Part shown: one piece after another, positions 1 through 9,676 of the stretch
Layout of the letters: every line of letters begins with the position of its first letter
How positions within the stretch are numbered: position 1 is the first letter of the stretch
Source of the DNA: a virus
Length of the DNA: 64,000 bases
IMG/VR virus record: IMGVR_UViG_3300001765_000030
Coordinates: 64,001 to 128,000 of that record
Strand: one strand, 5' to 3'
The notes under the pieces: generated by a model
Database searches by the model: none
What the model saw: the letters and a program-made list of their open reading frames with translations, nothing else
What the model was told of the DNA's origin: nothing
Made by a program: the position numbers and the translations under genes

Positions 1-151
1 TTTCTCTTACACAATCTGATGTATACGATTCAAGTGTCGGCTTGTACATTTTCGCAACACTGGCCGCAGTTATTTCACAAAGTGCGCCTGTAACTGGATT
101 GAATACGTGCAAATCTTTGTCAAACATCACTTGTACAGCTTTTATATTCAT
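1..151 (-). CDS. Hypothetical protein, truncated by window edge
   Basis: ATG at 151 overlaps the stop of 148-504; open frame MNIKAVQVMFDK... runs off position 1. Confidence 0.5.
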   Translation of the reverse strand, partial: MNIKAVQVMFDKDLHVFNPVTGALCEITAASVAKMYKPTLESYTSDCVRE

Positions 152-504
152 TGACATGGTATAGTCTCCAATTCAAAATCAATTGTTATACTTTCAACAT
201 GTCCTGTCATACTTGTTGAGACTCTGTAAGATCCACCGCCCTCTATATATATTGCAAAAATATCTTCCAATAGTTCACCATCAGATAACAAATTTACCTT
301 CACATTTACAGAGGTATTTGTTGGGTTGTCGTGAGAATTAGTGGATATTTCCTTAACTGTAACTTCATCAGTCGTTTTCGCACACAATGGTAAGATTATT
401 TTTGAGAATTTCCACGATCTAAAATCATGACCAGACTCGGTTAAAAGATTTCCAGTCGACCCAAGTTTCATAGTAACTTTGGAAGTTTTTATACCAACTG
501 ACAT
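148..504 (-). CDS. Hypothetical protein
   Basis: ORF track; AGGA RBS; tight packing in minus-strand run. Confidence 0.7.
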   Translation of the reverse strand: MSVGIKTSKVTMKLGSTGNLLTESGHDFRSWKFSKIILPLCAKTTDEVTVKEISTNSHDNPTNTSVNVKVNLLSDGELLEDIFAIYIEGGGSYRVSTSMTGHVESITIDFELETIPCQ

Positions 505-517
505 AATAAATCCTATG

Positions 518-1063
518 CTAAATTTTCAATACAAAAGTTGTAAATGCGTTTACTAAAAGTGTAAATATCATAATGAAATTTATAATTAGCATTATAATTC
601 CGAAAGCTTTCCAATGAAATGGTTGTTGAACAACTTCAATGTAATTGTCAGGATCGATATTTTCTTCCTTCGGTTTAACTTTGACAATGTCAAATACTAT
701 CGAAACCGCATTAACAGTGTTGAACTCTCCGATATCACGGAAATAATAATCTCCTGTTTCAACGTTTATACATAGTTTAAATTTCGCGAACTGAAGATCA
801 TTGCCAATCCTGAATGGTTCATTGACATTTATCGATTTCCATACTAGCATATCGGATACAGGATCATCGATTAATTTGATATTTCTATCAACACATCTGG
901 AGAAGTTTGTGATCTTATCAGTTATAATTAATCCTGTTATTTCAAATCCTTCAGGAGACATTCCAAAATCATACGGGTTAAATCCTAGATCATTAAGGAC
1001 ATTTTTTCCTTTACTGACACTACTATCAATACCATCATCAAGTCTCAATATAGCCTTTTCCAT
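518..1063 (-). CDS. Hypothetical protein with C-terminal transmembrane helix
   Basis: Hydrophobic AFGIIMLIINFIMIFTLLVNAF near C-terminus; AAGGA RBS. Confidence 0.7.
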   Translation of the reverse strand: MEKAILRLDDGIDSSVSKGKNVLNDLGFNPYDFGMSPEGFEITGLIITDKITNFSRCVDRNIKLIDDPVSDMLVWKSINVNEPFRIGNDLQFAKFKLCINVETGDYYFRDIGEFNTVNAVSIVFDIVKVKPKEENIDPDNYIEVVQQPFHWKAFGIIMLIINFIMIFTLLVNAFTTFVLKI

Positions 1064-1683
1064 TATTGTTTCCTTGATCGTTTAAATTCTTCACGAAGTA
1101 ATAAATATTGTTCTGTAACCCGCTGAACGTTGGACTTAAAATCAGGATATTGGATGATATTGGTTATGATAAAGTTCGTAAAATTGTTAAATTCTTTTAA
1201 ACATTTGTCAGCTTTTTCTCTAATAATATCACCCTGTCCAACAATGTGATACTTACTTGTATCAAATGGATATTCTCCACGTTTATTGCAATGGGGACAT
1301 TCGAGTTCAAATACTGAGGGAACTTTAACATCAAACACTAAAGATGCCAAATATAATTCCCAATCAACAAATTTATGAAACTCGGATTTTTTCCGAGCTT
1401 CAATATTTATCAAATCGCGAAGTTTTTCCGGACTAAGCTCATACTCAGTGTATATGAGTCTGATAAGAGAATTGTAACGTTCTCTTAACTCTCTTATATA
1501 ATAATCTTTATAATCCCCATTATCATATAAATGCTCAGCTGCTGTACCATACATTATATGGTTTCCGCAATGTATACACGAGAATTGAGCAGTGATTCTT
1601 TCGGAAAATTGAGGAAGATGTCCTGCAGAGAATTGACCTTTAATTTCAGTTATACTTCTATCGTTTATTGCTAAATGTTGCAT
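1063..1683 (-). CDS. Putative zinc-ribbon protein
   Basis: CIHC and CPHC pairs; AAGGA RBS. Confidence 0.65.
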   Translation of the reverse strand: MQHLAINDRSITEIKGQFSAGHLPQFSERITAQFSCIHCGNHIMYGTAAEHLYDNGDYKDYYIRELRERYNSLIRLIYTEYELSPEKLRDLINIEARKKSEFHKFVDWELYLASLVFDVKVPSVFELECPHCNKRGEYPFDTSKYHIVGQGDIIREKADKCLKEFNNFTNFIITNIIQYPDFKSNVQRVTEQYLLLREEFKRSRKQ

Positions 1684-1744
1684 TTATTATCCTTTACGGG
1701 CGTTGTAATTTCAATCATTATAATCTCCTTGTTACTTTTTTTTA

Positions 1745-1993
1745 TTAATATGTAAATTTATCTTCGAAAATGCCTTTCAAAAGATCACTTTCGGATGAGT
1801 CATACCAATCGGTCTGTATAACAACTTCTCCTCGATATGCCACATATAATCCATACCATTGATCATTAGAAGTTACGCAACGGTATAATCTATAGTCTTT
1901 ATCTTCTAACAAACATTTTAGAATTTTCTCAGCGTCGGATATAACCTTTTCACTGAGATTTTTCTTACCTTTTAAATATTTGTCAACTAACAT
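1745..1993 (-). CDS. Hypothetical protein
   Basis: ORF track; overlaps upstream gene end. Confidence 0.6.
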   Translation of the reverse strand: MLVDKYLKGKKNLSEKVISDAEKILKCLLEDKDYRLYRCVTSNDQWYGLYVAYRGEVVIQTDWYDSSESDLLKGIFEDKFTY

Positions 1994-2396
1994 CGAAGAC
2001 AGCTTTCATTGTAGCAGTTTTAGCAAATGTATTGTTACACCATATTGAATCGCATTCCTTACAATCCTTAATCATGTCAACACAAGTTCCATAATCGAAA
2101 TAACCAGGTTTGTTAGATATCGGTTTAGGTTGGAAGAATCTGCATTCAATTCTACCGTTTGATTCTCCCAAACATCTGAATTGGATTTCACATTTATTTG
2201 GAGAATTTACACGAGATTCATCAGACGGATTCTTAAATTTAAGAATTGAGGAGTATGGCGCAGTTAGACATTTTCCTGCAGCGCATTCGAAATTTCCTCT
2301 ATGCGGGATATGACATCCTTGGCAAGAATCTGGAACTTCTTGTGGGGCCTTTTCGTATTTAATTCCTTCAAATTCAACTATATCTCCGTAGGGCAT
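1983..2396 (-). CDS. Cys-rich hypothetical protein
   Basis: Numerous Cys incl. CQGC and CKEC; ORF track. Confidence 0.65.
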   Translation of the reverse strand: MPYGDIVEFEGIKYEKAPQEVPDSCQGCHIPHRGNFECAAGKCLTAPYSSILKFKNPSDESRVNSPNKCEIQFRCLGESNGRIECRFFQPKPISNKPGYFDYGTCVDMIKDCKECDSIWCNNTFAKTATMKAVFDVS

Positions 2397-2416
2397 AATT
2401 TTCTCACTGATTAATT

Positions 2417-2704
2417 TTATGTATTCTTTTCCTTAATTCTCAAGTCACGCTCATATCTCCAAATGTAACCTTTGACCAAAGTCACACTTTTTCGATTACA
2501 ATAACCTTCAATAATCGCTTCATACATATCCATTTCTGATTTATCATTGTTGAATATATCTTCCAATGTATACCGATATGTATCATATATCCCATATACT
2601 GTACCATTTGGATTGATTGCAACGATTCTCTGATGATTTACGATTTTTCCAGTCTCTCTATCGAGCGCAATCATTGTTTTTTCTTTAACGATAGATTTAA
2701 GCAT
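2417..2704 (-). CDS. NUMOD1-like DNA-binding small protein
   Basis: IVAINPNGTVYGIY...YCNRKSVTLVKGYIWRYE resembles NUMOD1/IENR1 modules ending GYxWRY. Confidence 0.5.
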   Translation of the reverse strand: MLKSIVKEKTMIALDRETGKIVNHQRIVAINPNGTVYGIYDTYRYTLEDIFNNDKSEMDMYEAIIEGYCNRKSVTLVKGYIWRYERDLRIKEKNT

Positions 2705-2876
2705 TTAAAACCTTCCCTGCTAATTTTCCAAGGTTTTCTCTAAATATTGCACGGCGAGCTTCTTCATCACGATGAATTATAATTTTCCTTGTAAGATCTT
2801 CATGACCACGTCTGTAATCTTCTTCAGTATTACCATACTGTTTTCGTACGAATTCTTCTTCAGATAAGTATTTCAT
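2697..2876 (-). CDS. Hypothetical protein
   Basis: Start moved to ATG 2876 (MKYLSEEE) behind AAGGA. Confidence 0.6.
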   Translation of the reverse strand: MKYLSEEEFVRKQYGNTEEDYRRGHEDLTRKIIIHRDEEARRAIFRENLGKLAGKVLNA

Positions 2877-3196
2877 GATATTTCCTTCTTTAATGAACAC
2901 TTTTTGCAGAAACTTGGTTTAGGTAACATTGATCGATCTTTGACATGACAAATTTCTGCAAGAGCTTTACCGACAATATTGAAAGGTTTTGTCATAGAAC
3001 CAAACAATCCTGTATCTACCAATCCTTTTATCGACCTAGTGCCTTCTTCTCCGTTGAAGTATTCTATCTTGTACGGAGTAGATCTATATCGTGGATGCTC
3101 ACCATATCCAACATATTTTACAACACAACCAGATTCGCATAATAACAAATCGCCAGGTTTGCAAGATTGCATATCAAATGTTTTATCTTCACTCAT
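2873..3196 (-). CDS. Hypothetical protein
   Basis: ORF track; AAGGA RBS. Confidence 0.65.
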   Translation of the reverse strand: MSEDKTFDMQSCKPGDLLLCESGCVVKYVGYGEHPRYRSTPYKIEYFNGEEGTRSIKGLVDTGLFGSMTKPFNIVGKALAEICHVKDRSMLPKPSFCKKCSLKKEIS

Positions 3197-3198
3197 AA

Positions 3199-3690
3199 TT
3201 ATTTATCGTCCTTATTTTTAGGTCTAAAGAATATGAATGTGATAACTGCACTTTTGAAAGTATCATTATCAAATATCACGTTGAAGTTCCCACTATCTGA
3301 ATCAACAATTACCAATATTTTACGCATCCCTACATTAGTTTCAAGAGATATTGTTGTAAACATATCGGAGTAATTAGTAGTCCCACGAATAGTTTTGGTA
3401 TCTGTTTTAATAACATCAATTGGTGTAGCATGAATATCAGAATCATACGTGACAGTTTTCGCAGTAATGTAAGTTCCAATGTCCCATCTTCTTATATCAC
3501 GATCAGATTCAGTGAACAGATTCTTTCTCACGGAATCGTTGGGAAACGTATTGTGACATTCATAATCGAATTCTTCCTCAACGAAACATTCTTGCAACCT
3601 TGCAAATAAACCTACCAACGCCTCGGGAGAACTCCCATATCTTGCACTACCCTGTCTAGCTATGGGGTGATCTGGTATAAATTTACTCAT
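3199..3690 (-). CDS. Hypothetical protein
   Basis: AAGGAG RBS. Confidence 0.7.
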   Translation of the reverse strand: MSKFIPDHPIARQGSARYGSSPEALVGLFARLQECFVEEEFDYECHNTFPNDSVRKNLFTESDRDIRRWDIGTYITAKTVTYDSDIHATPIDVIKTDTKTIRGTTNYSDMFTTISLETNVGMRKILVIVDSDSGNFNVIFDNDTFKSAVITFIFFRPKNKDDK

Positions 3691-3700
3691 AATTTCTCCT

Positions 3701-4072
3701 TTAAATAAAACGATTTAACATTGGGTTTATTGGAAAATCAAATGCTTTTATAAAACCCATATACCCTGTAAGTCCAGGATTACTTCCATCGTCTTCAAAA
3801 TCTTCAAAGAGTTTAGCAATTCCGTTCATAGCCTTATTGAGAATCGCGGTCTCGTTTAAAATCTTATTTATACGCTGTCTATGAAATTTCATACGATTAC
3901 GTCTACTAACTTTAAGTATAGTGACATTAGAATCGACAAACTTATACTTTGTAAGTTTGTCAAATCTCTTGAATGCTCCGTTAATAGTATTAGCTTTAAC
4001 AATGACGCTAAACTTATCAGTTTGATAAACCAGACTATCTGTCTGTGTAAACTCAATTCTGAACAATGTCAT
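3701..4072 (-). CDS. Hypothetical protein
   Basis: Start moved to ATG 4072 behind GGAGG; early-type motif upstream. Confidence 0.7.
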   Translation of the reverse strand: MTLFRIEFTQTDSLVYQTDKFSVIVKANTINGAFKRFDKLTKYKFVDSNVTILKVSRRNRMKFHRQRINKILNETAILNKAMNGIAKLFEDFEDDGSNPGLTGYMGFIKAFDFPINPMLNRFI

Positions 4073-4102
4073 AATTTCCTCCAACTTAAATATTTACATT
4101 AC

Positions 4103-4119
4103 CGATAGTTAATATATAT
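4103..4119 (-). promoter_or_regulatory. Putative early (virion RNAP) promoter
   Basis: Member of 17-mer family, sense consensus about STMTATATTWARTTATG. Confidence 0.45.
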
Positions 4120-4146
4120 GTAAATACTATATTTGAAAAAAAAGAA

Positions 4147-4166
4147 AGTGGAGATTTCTCTCCACT
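4147..4166 (-). terminator. Intrinsic terminator
   Basis: AGTGGAGA-tttc-TCTCCACT with A-tract on left. Confidence 0.8.
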
Positions 4167-4178
4167 CACAATTTATTC

Positions 4179-4661
4179 TTAACAATTCGACCAAGTAGGT
4201 AGGTTTTCGGATAAACTTCTTGATGTTACGATATCTTTACCAAATCTATAATTGGCTAGGAAATCTTCCATATGAATAATACCAGCAGATTCAAACAATT
4301 TCTCCAATGGTATCCGATCTAGGTAATTAGTGGATTCTTTTTCAATCGAATAATTGAATTCTTGTCTGTTATCATACAATTCTTTTGTGGTTTTCTGAAC
4401 AAAGAAATTTTCCAAAGTCAGAATGTTTTCTTTGAGAGACTCTTCCGAATCATAGGAAACTTTGATAACTGTTGATTTATCGCCATAAGTTACGGCAAAT
4501 TCACAGTAAATCTCTGTATCCGAGACATGCTGGATTGCGGAGATATCGTCAAGTTTTTCAATATCAAGCACAAGTTCCATAATAGGATTATCAATAATAT
4601 TGAAGAATCTTATAACGTTTATGAACTTTCCAGGCTCTCTAATCAATCCTACAGTTACCAT
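4179..4661 (-). CDS. Hypothetical protein
   Basis: ORF track; AAGGA RBS; bounded by terminators. Confidence 0.7.
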   Translation of the reverse strand: MVTVGLIREPGKFINVIRFFNIIDNPIMELVLDIEKLDDISAIQHVSDTEIYCEFAVTYGDKSTVIKVSYDSEESLKENILTLENFFVQKTTKELYDNRQEFNYSIEKESTNYLDRIPLEKLFESAGIIHMEDFLANYRFGKDIVTSRSLSENLPTWSNC

Positions 4662-4728
4662 TTTCGAAATCCTTTGGATAAAATTTATATTCTCAACAAT
4701 GAATTGTTTAACAAAATCTATAAAAAAA

Positions 4729-4752
4729 GTAGTAGGGATTTCTCCCTACTAC
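4729..4752 (-). terminator. Intrinsic terminator
   Basis: GTAGTAGGGA-tttc-TCCCTACTAC with A-tract on left. Confidence 0.85.
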
Positions 4753-4794
4753 CTCTTATCTAATGTAAACTCGCCATTTTGTTTATAAAAACCG

Positions 4795-5648
4795 TCATAC
4801 TGAAACTTTTATCAATAGGTCTCCATCGATATATGTAGAATTCTGACTATAATCTGGCAGATCTCCAGTGAATTTATAACCTTTACCATTTACAATAATT
4901 ACATCTCCAGTTTTGATAAATCTTGAGACTCCATCGATTGTGATATAAAATGGTCGAGGTACAGTTTTCCAAGTTCTATTATAAATTATATCCGTAACAG
5001 ATTGTCTTGATATTCCAAATTTCTTACTTATATCACGTACAATCATACCTTCAAATTTGTAAGCACATAGTATTCTGAATGCGATATTTTCATTTATTAC
5101 TTTATTAGTGCAGTTTACTCTTAAAATTTTAAGATTGTTTCTAAAATCTGCACTTACGTGTCTATATGTTTTGAAAGTTATTATTGCGGCAATACTTTTT
5201 CTATCGTAGTTATATTTTCTAGACAGCTCATTTATACCAATTCCATCGGTATAATAATCATTTAACATGTTTATGATAATCTCATTTGATAACGGGACTA
5301 GAATTCGTCCATTCAATAATGATCTTGATGTTAACATTTTCAATACATTTTCGGAGAGACAATTTTAAGTTTGATAACTTATCATTAGTTTTATCATTAT
5401 CTATATGATCACAAGTTTCTGTGCCTCCATGATTCCTTGTTTTTTAATTTTCTACCTAATGATGATTCAAGTCTCCACGTTGAGGTATTTCTATTAATAA
5501 TGATATTATTCTTCTTAAATCTCAATCTTGTTTTATATCTACCATCACGCTTGTTGAAACTTTCACAATTCCAAATTATGTTATCATCATAAATATTTTC
5601 TAATAATTTTATTTCATTTTTATCAAGTCCCATATTATTTTCTACCAT
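4795..5648 (-). pseudogene. Frame-disrupted HNH homing endonuclease with tandem C-terminal HTH domains
   Basis: Three frames join as RLESSLGRKLKNKE / ETCDHIDNDKTNDKLSNLK / SENVLKM..., then two HTH repeats (ELSRKYNYDRKSIAAIITFKTYRHV; DISKKFGISRQSVTDIIYNRTWKTV). The 4795-5343 part is an intact ORF. Confidence 0.75.
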
Positions 5649-5665
5649 TTTTAATTTATATAAAA

Positions 5666-5696
5666 TATTTACTGCGGGACTATCCCGCAGTAAATA
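5666..5696 (-). terminator. Intrinsic terminator
   Basis: 14-bp stem TATTTACTGCGGGA-cta-TCCCGCAGTAAATA directly after lysozyme stop. Confidence 0.85.
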
Positions 5697-5699
5697 CTC

Positions 5700-6290
5700 T
5701 TAAATGTCAACCATAGCCTTGATAAATGTTGTTAACGGAACACCTGACCCATCCCGAGCAACATTGCCGGTATACAAGAACTGTTTAACTCTGCCAACAC
5801 CGATATGGTGAGCGGCGCCAAGTAACCCAGCTTTAGTTATGGTGTAACCGTGTACTTCTTTACCTACAAACCTTTTAATCTCTTTTTCAAGGTATTGTTG
5901 ATTTTTCAAAGCTAGCTTTTCCAGAGCTAGCAACTGTGCATCCGCTGGAAATATATCAGGATTTCTGATAAACTTCGCCACAGATACATTCTTCATACCA
6001 ATTTCTTTTAAAGCTAAATCCCCAATTTGATACAAACCTATATACATCTTGGAGCAGCTAACAGCACGTGGATCTCCACCAGACTCTTTACTTTCTATAA
6101 TCTTGGCAAATTTCTTGAAATCAAAACCAATTCCAGGGTCAACCTTTACAACAGGAGTTGTAGTGGTATCTATAACCGCAATCGATTTAGACGTATCAAT
6201 AGTTTGGACAATATTATTTACCGGCAAATATTCATTAGCAGATAGTACTGTTAAAGTTGTTAGTAGAAGAACTACTTTGATAGATCGCAT
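5700..6290 (-). CDS. Secreted lysozyme-like / lytic transglycosylase
   Basis: Signal peptide MRSIKVVLLLTTLTVLSA; ESGGDPRA and GLYQI motifs; AAHHIG. Confidence 0.8.
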   Translation of the reverse strand: MRSIKVVLLLTTLTVLSANEYLPVNNIVQTIDTSKSIAVIDTTTTPVVKVDPGIGFDFKKFAKIIESKESGGDPRAVSCSKMYIGLYQIGDLALKEIGMKNVSVAKFIRNPDIFPADAQLLALEKLALKNQQYLEKEIKRFVGKEVHGYTITKAGLLGAAHHIGVGRVKQFLYTGNVARDGSGVPLTTFIKAMVDI

Positions 6291-6428
6291 TAAATTTCCT
6301 TGTTAAGTCAAACCCTAGTTAATTAGAAGTTTTCCTCCCATAGGCATTTCCCCTTTAGTTGATACGGTTTACATTAGATTAGTCTTTCGACTATTGGGTT
6401 GTTCAAACGCATGTTGAACTTGATTAAA

Positions 6429-7283
6429 TCAATCTTTTCCAGGTTCAGTTATATGCACACTGTAAGGATTCTGTGTACCAATTCCAAATAACGTTGGAAT
6501 AGTTTCTTTGTCAATGATTTCAATAAATTTTACCAAAGAAACATGTCCACGTTCAGCCATAGCAGATGCACTTTTTGTATACATTGATTCAGGGTTAATC
6601 TTCAACAACTTTTCAAAGATATGATTGACACCAGTTGTGGAATTTCCATCATACTTATTTTTAGGCAGTAGTTGTGGATCATGAAATGGTTGACCATTCA
6701 TCGCACCATGTATAATACATCTTCTAATTCCGTTGACACCAATAGCATCAAGTTTATCAGCATCCCGAAGAATTGCACACATCATATCTGGTTGATTTAT
6801 AAGATGTAAAGTTTGTCCATTCGATGATCTGTGCGACTTTATTATACATTTTACAACTTCAACATCATCTTTATCGAGCATGATCTCATAAACTAGATCC
6901 TTCTCAACAATAGTAAATACCGATTTTTTACCCGGAACTGTTTCGGAAATATCGCTGAAATAAGATTCAAACAATTTTGCGCCTTCAATTTCATGATTAT
7001 CTTTTCCGCGACAAACATCGTGGAAAGCTGTTGCGATCACCATGATATTAATAATTCTTTGGGTCACAATCAATGTTGGTGCTGGTTTTTCACTCTCCCA
7101 AGTATTGAAATCTACATACAATCTACCATCATCATCGACACGGCTATGTAGTATATTCATACACGTATTGAATACTTCCCTTGTATGATCAATCCCGTGG
7201 ACAGGATCATTAGGTTCCAGCATTACTTCGGCCATAGTTTTAGATATCCCATTATCAAATTTTGGGAAATATAACATGATCAT
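6429..7283 (-). CDS. HD-domain phosphohydrolase
   Basis: HGIDH, FHD, DADKLDAIG and HIFEKLLKI motifs. Confidence 0.9.
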   Translation of the reverse strand: MIMLYFPKFDNGISKTMAEVMLEPNDPVHGIDHTREVFNTCMNILHSRVDDDGRLYVDFNTWESEKPAPTLIVTQRIINIMVIATAFHDVCRGKDNHEIEGAKLFESYFSDISETVPGKKSVFTIVEKDLVYEIMLDKDDVEVVKCIIKSHRSSNGQTLHLINQPDMMCAILRDADKLDAIGVNGIRRCIIHGAMNGQPFHDPQLLPKNKYDGNSTTGVNHIFEKLLKINPESMYTKSASAMAERGHVSLVKFIEIIDKETIPTLFGIGTQNPYSVHITEPGKD

Positions 7284-7293
7284 TTTCCTTTAG

Positions 7294-7788
7294 TTAAATA
7301 AAACTTCCATTAACACACTTGACCATTTTTGGAGGACGTCTCTTCTTCGGATCCAAGAAGCTTTCACAATTATCGATGACTAATACATCAATTGGTTCAC
7401 GTTTACGATCAGCTTCGTCGCTTATCATACCCGCTACAAATTCCAATGAATGGTTTAACAGATCGATTTGGATATACCTTTGTGAAGTTTGAACGTAATC
7501 TTTCCGACTTTTTGTAATCGAATGATCCCACAACATGTCCAAAAATTGAGGAGTTAACCAATTGCCATACGGAATTTCATATGCTCGGCTGAAAGTTCGA
7601 AGATATACTACTTCTCTGTCAATATCTTTAATATTGACAAATCTGAATTGAGCATGCCATCCACCACCGCCAGTATATGAAACAAACATGTCCAATAATC
7701 CGCCAAGAGTATTCTTTTCAAGCCAACATGGAGCATAGAATTCACCTTCAAATTCCCTTACATAAGGATTATCTTTCATCGGGTCCAT
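7294..7788 (-). CDS. Hypothetical protein
   Basis: Start moved to ATG 7788 (MDPMKDN) behind GGAGG. Confidence 0.7.
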   Translation of the reverse strand: MDPMKDNPYVREFEGEFYAPCWLEKNTLGGLLDMFVSYTGGGGWHAQFRFVNIKDIDREVVYLRTFSRAYEIPYGNWLTPQFLDMLWDHSITKSRKDYVQTSQRYIQIDLLNHSLEFVAGMISDEADRKREPIDVLVIDNCESFLDPKKRRPPKMVKCVNGSFI

Positions 7789-8137
7789 ACTGCTCCTCCA
7801 GTATTTGGGATCTTGAAATATGGAAAATCTGTTCTCCGAGCGGTTGAACTTCTTCAACACCATGGTGCAGTGTTCCATCATCTCCCAAGATAATAACCGA
7901 TTGTTTTACAGGTTTGGTGATATTTTCAATCGTTCCACTATCGGTCAAGATAAACGTTTCATCGTCAGCAAATTCCGCAGAGTATCTCACACTCATTCCA
8001 AATGATGGGGCTTTATTTACCAATTCAAGTAATTCCGGACTGGTTATGGTGACTTCTGAAACTCCATTTTCATCAGGAGCTTCACATTCACCAACAACTA
8101 TATCTCCAAGTTTCACAGGGTATTTTTTCTTTTCCAT
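7769..8137 (-). CDS. Hypothetical acidic protein
   Basis: ORF track. Confidence 0.65.
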   Translation of the reverse strand: MEKKKYPVKLGDIVVGECEAPDENGVSEVTITSPELLELVNKAPSFGMSVRYSAEFADDETFILTDSGTIENITKPVKQSVIILGDDGTLHHGVEEVQPLGEQIFHISRSQILEEQYGPDER

Positions 8138-8146
8138 AGTAAATTC

Positions 8147-8410
8147 TCAGTTCTTGTTAAATTTACGCCAATTTCTTCTATCCTGCTTTGTAGGATATCG
8201 AGTATTAGCAATTTTAATTTCATTTAGCTTGCACTCTTCAGCTAAGATATCAAGTGAACGACTTATACTTCGACGTTCACTATAGAGTAAATTAGATTCT
8301 AAACTATCAACTTTTTCAGGTGGACAAATTTCAATTTCAAATTGGTTTGCCAATGCAAATTGTAACAATTTTTGAGACGGATCTCCAATTATTATTATTT
8401 TACAAGACAT
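8147..8410 (-). CDS. Hypothetical protein
   Basis: Start moved to ATG 8410 (MSCKIII) behind AGGT. Confidence 0.6.
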   Translation of the reverse strand: MSCKIIIIGDPSQKLLQFALANQFEIEICPPEKVDSLESNLLYSERRSISRSLDILAEECKLNEIKIANTRYPTKQDRRNWRKFNKN

Positions 8411-8414
8411 AGTT

Positions 8415-8720
8415 TTACCTACACCTATCTCTAATCCTATTACAGATAACATTGATCGATGATTTTGTGTGGGAGTTTGCATCGACATAATATGGAATTA
8501 CAAGATGATCGTATCTGTCAGATAATTCAATACCTTCAAGTCTATGATTTACTTTTATAACCTTAAAATCAATATCAATAAAATTACCATTCTTAAGGGG
8601 AGAATACTTCACAGTTATAATATCCCCAACGTTTGGAATCGATATAACATTGTGCGAAAATGTATGCTCCTTACCGATTTCACTATCTGATAGAGTTAGA
8701 TTTATTGCTATCAACTCCAT
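8415..8720 (-). CDS. Hypothetical protein
   Basis: GGGAGG RBS. Confidence 0.7.
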   Translation of the reverse strand: MELIAINLTLSDSEIGKEHTFSHNVISIPNVGDIITVKYSPLKNGNFIDIDFKVIKVNHRLEGIELSDRYDHLVIPYYVDANSHTKSSINVICNRIRDRCR

Positions 8721-8737
8721 AATGACCTCCCAATTAT

Positions 8738-9115
8738 TTAAACAAATTCAATTACAAATTGTATACCAAGACTAACATCTAATATGAAAGATTTAGGATC
8801 AGGTATTATAACCTGTCTAATCTTCTTCGCATCGATAACTACTGTACATTCATCTGTTTCATCGGGTGTATCTTTATAACACTCATCAATCGTTCTCTGA
8901 GCAGGAAACGATCTGAAACAGAATTTGTCAATCAATAAATCGGAGTTTTTTACAACCGTGAGGATATATTCATCCTTAACGAATGATTCAACTTGTCTGA
9001 TAGAAAGTTTTACATTTCCGCCACGAAGAATCATTTCCAAACATTCAATATTACTCATCCCATAAGGAGTTTTCCATGGTGCACGTATCAATTTATGCTG
9101 ATCAGGGTTACTCAT
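8738..9115 (-). CDS. Hypothetical protein
   Basis: Start moved to ATG 9115 behind GGAGG. Confidence 0.7.
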   Translation of the reverse strand: MSNPDQHKLIRAPWKTPYGMSNIECLEMILRGGNVKLSIRQVESFVKDEYILTVVKNSDLLIDKFCFRSFPAQRTIDECYKDTPDETDECTVVIDAKKIRQVIIPDPKSFILDVSLGIQFVIEFV

Positions 9116-9674
9116 TTGAAACCTCCTCAAGTTTAAGACGTTTGAGAGTAATCAACGTCGGGTAACCATTTTTATTTTCAATAACCGCATGGTGAAATGC
9201 TGCAAACACTTGACCTTTATCGAAAAACCATTTCAGAAGATTTTCATTAGTTATGAAAGTTTCATTCCGGTTGATATATTTCAGTAGCGCCATACACACT
9301 CTTTCGTCGTCTCTGCGACAATTTGAAAGAGCTATGTATTTTGAAGAGTTTGATATAGCTTGTCGTATAGATACAACTCCATCGCCACACATGAAAAATG
9401 GGATATCTAGAGAGCAATTGTTATGTATAAGCTGTAGATCATTTGCAAACTCTCTTGGTAATCCGCCATGTCTAATAAAATCGTATATTTTAGATGAGTG
9501 GAAAAATCTAATTATACGTCGTATAGGAGAATCGTTGCTTTCAGCGTCGATACTTTTACCTTCCCCATATACGAATTTGATTTCGACAAATGTGGTATCT
9601 TGTTCTCGAAAATTAAGCTTAAAGAACTCACATTTATCGAGATTTACTACAGTTTGATATCCTAGAAATTGCAC
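9108..9674 (-). CDS. Hypothetical protein
   Basis: ORF track; GAGG RBS, GTG start. Confidence 0.65.
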   Translation of the reverse strand: MQFLGYQTVVNLDKCEFFKLNFREQDTTFVEIKFVYGEGKSIDAESNDSPIRRIIRFFHSSKIYDFIRHGGLPREFANDLQLIHNNCSLDIPFFMCGDGVVSIRQAISNSSKYIALSNCRRDDERVCMALLKYINRNETFITNENLLKWFFDKGQVFAAFHHAVIENKNGYPTLITLKRLKLEEVSNE

Positions 9675-9676
9675 AA

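Noticed and set aside
4697-4708. Isolated AACA-N6-TR matches away from the structural genes
   Set aside because: A rough estimate gives dozens of chance hits per strand at this base composition; only the clustered upstream TGT copies are persuasive
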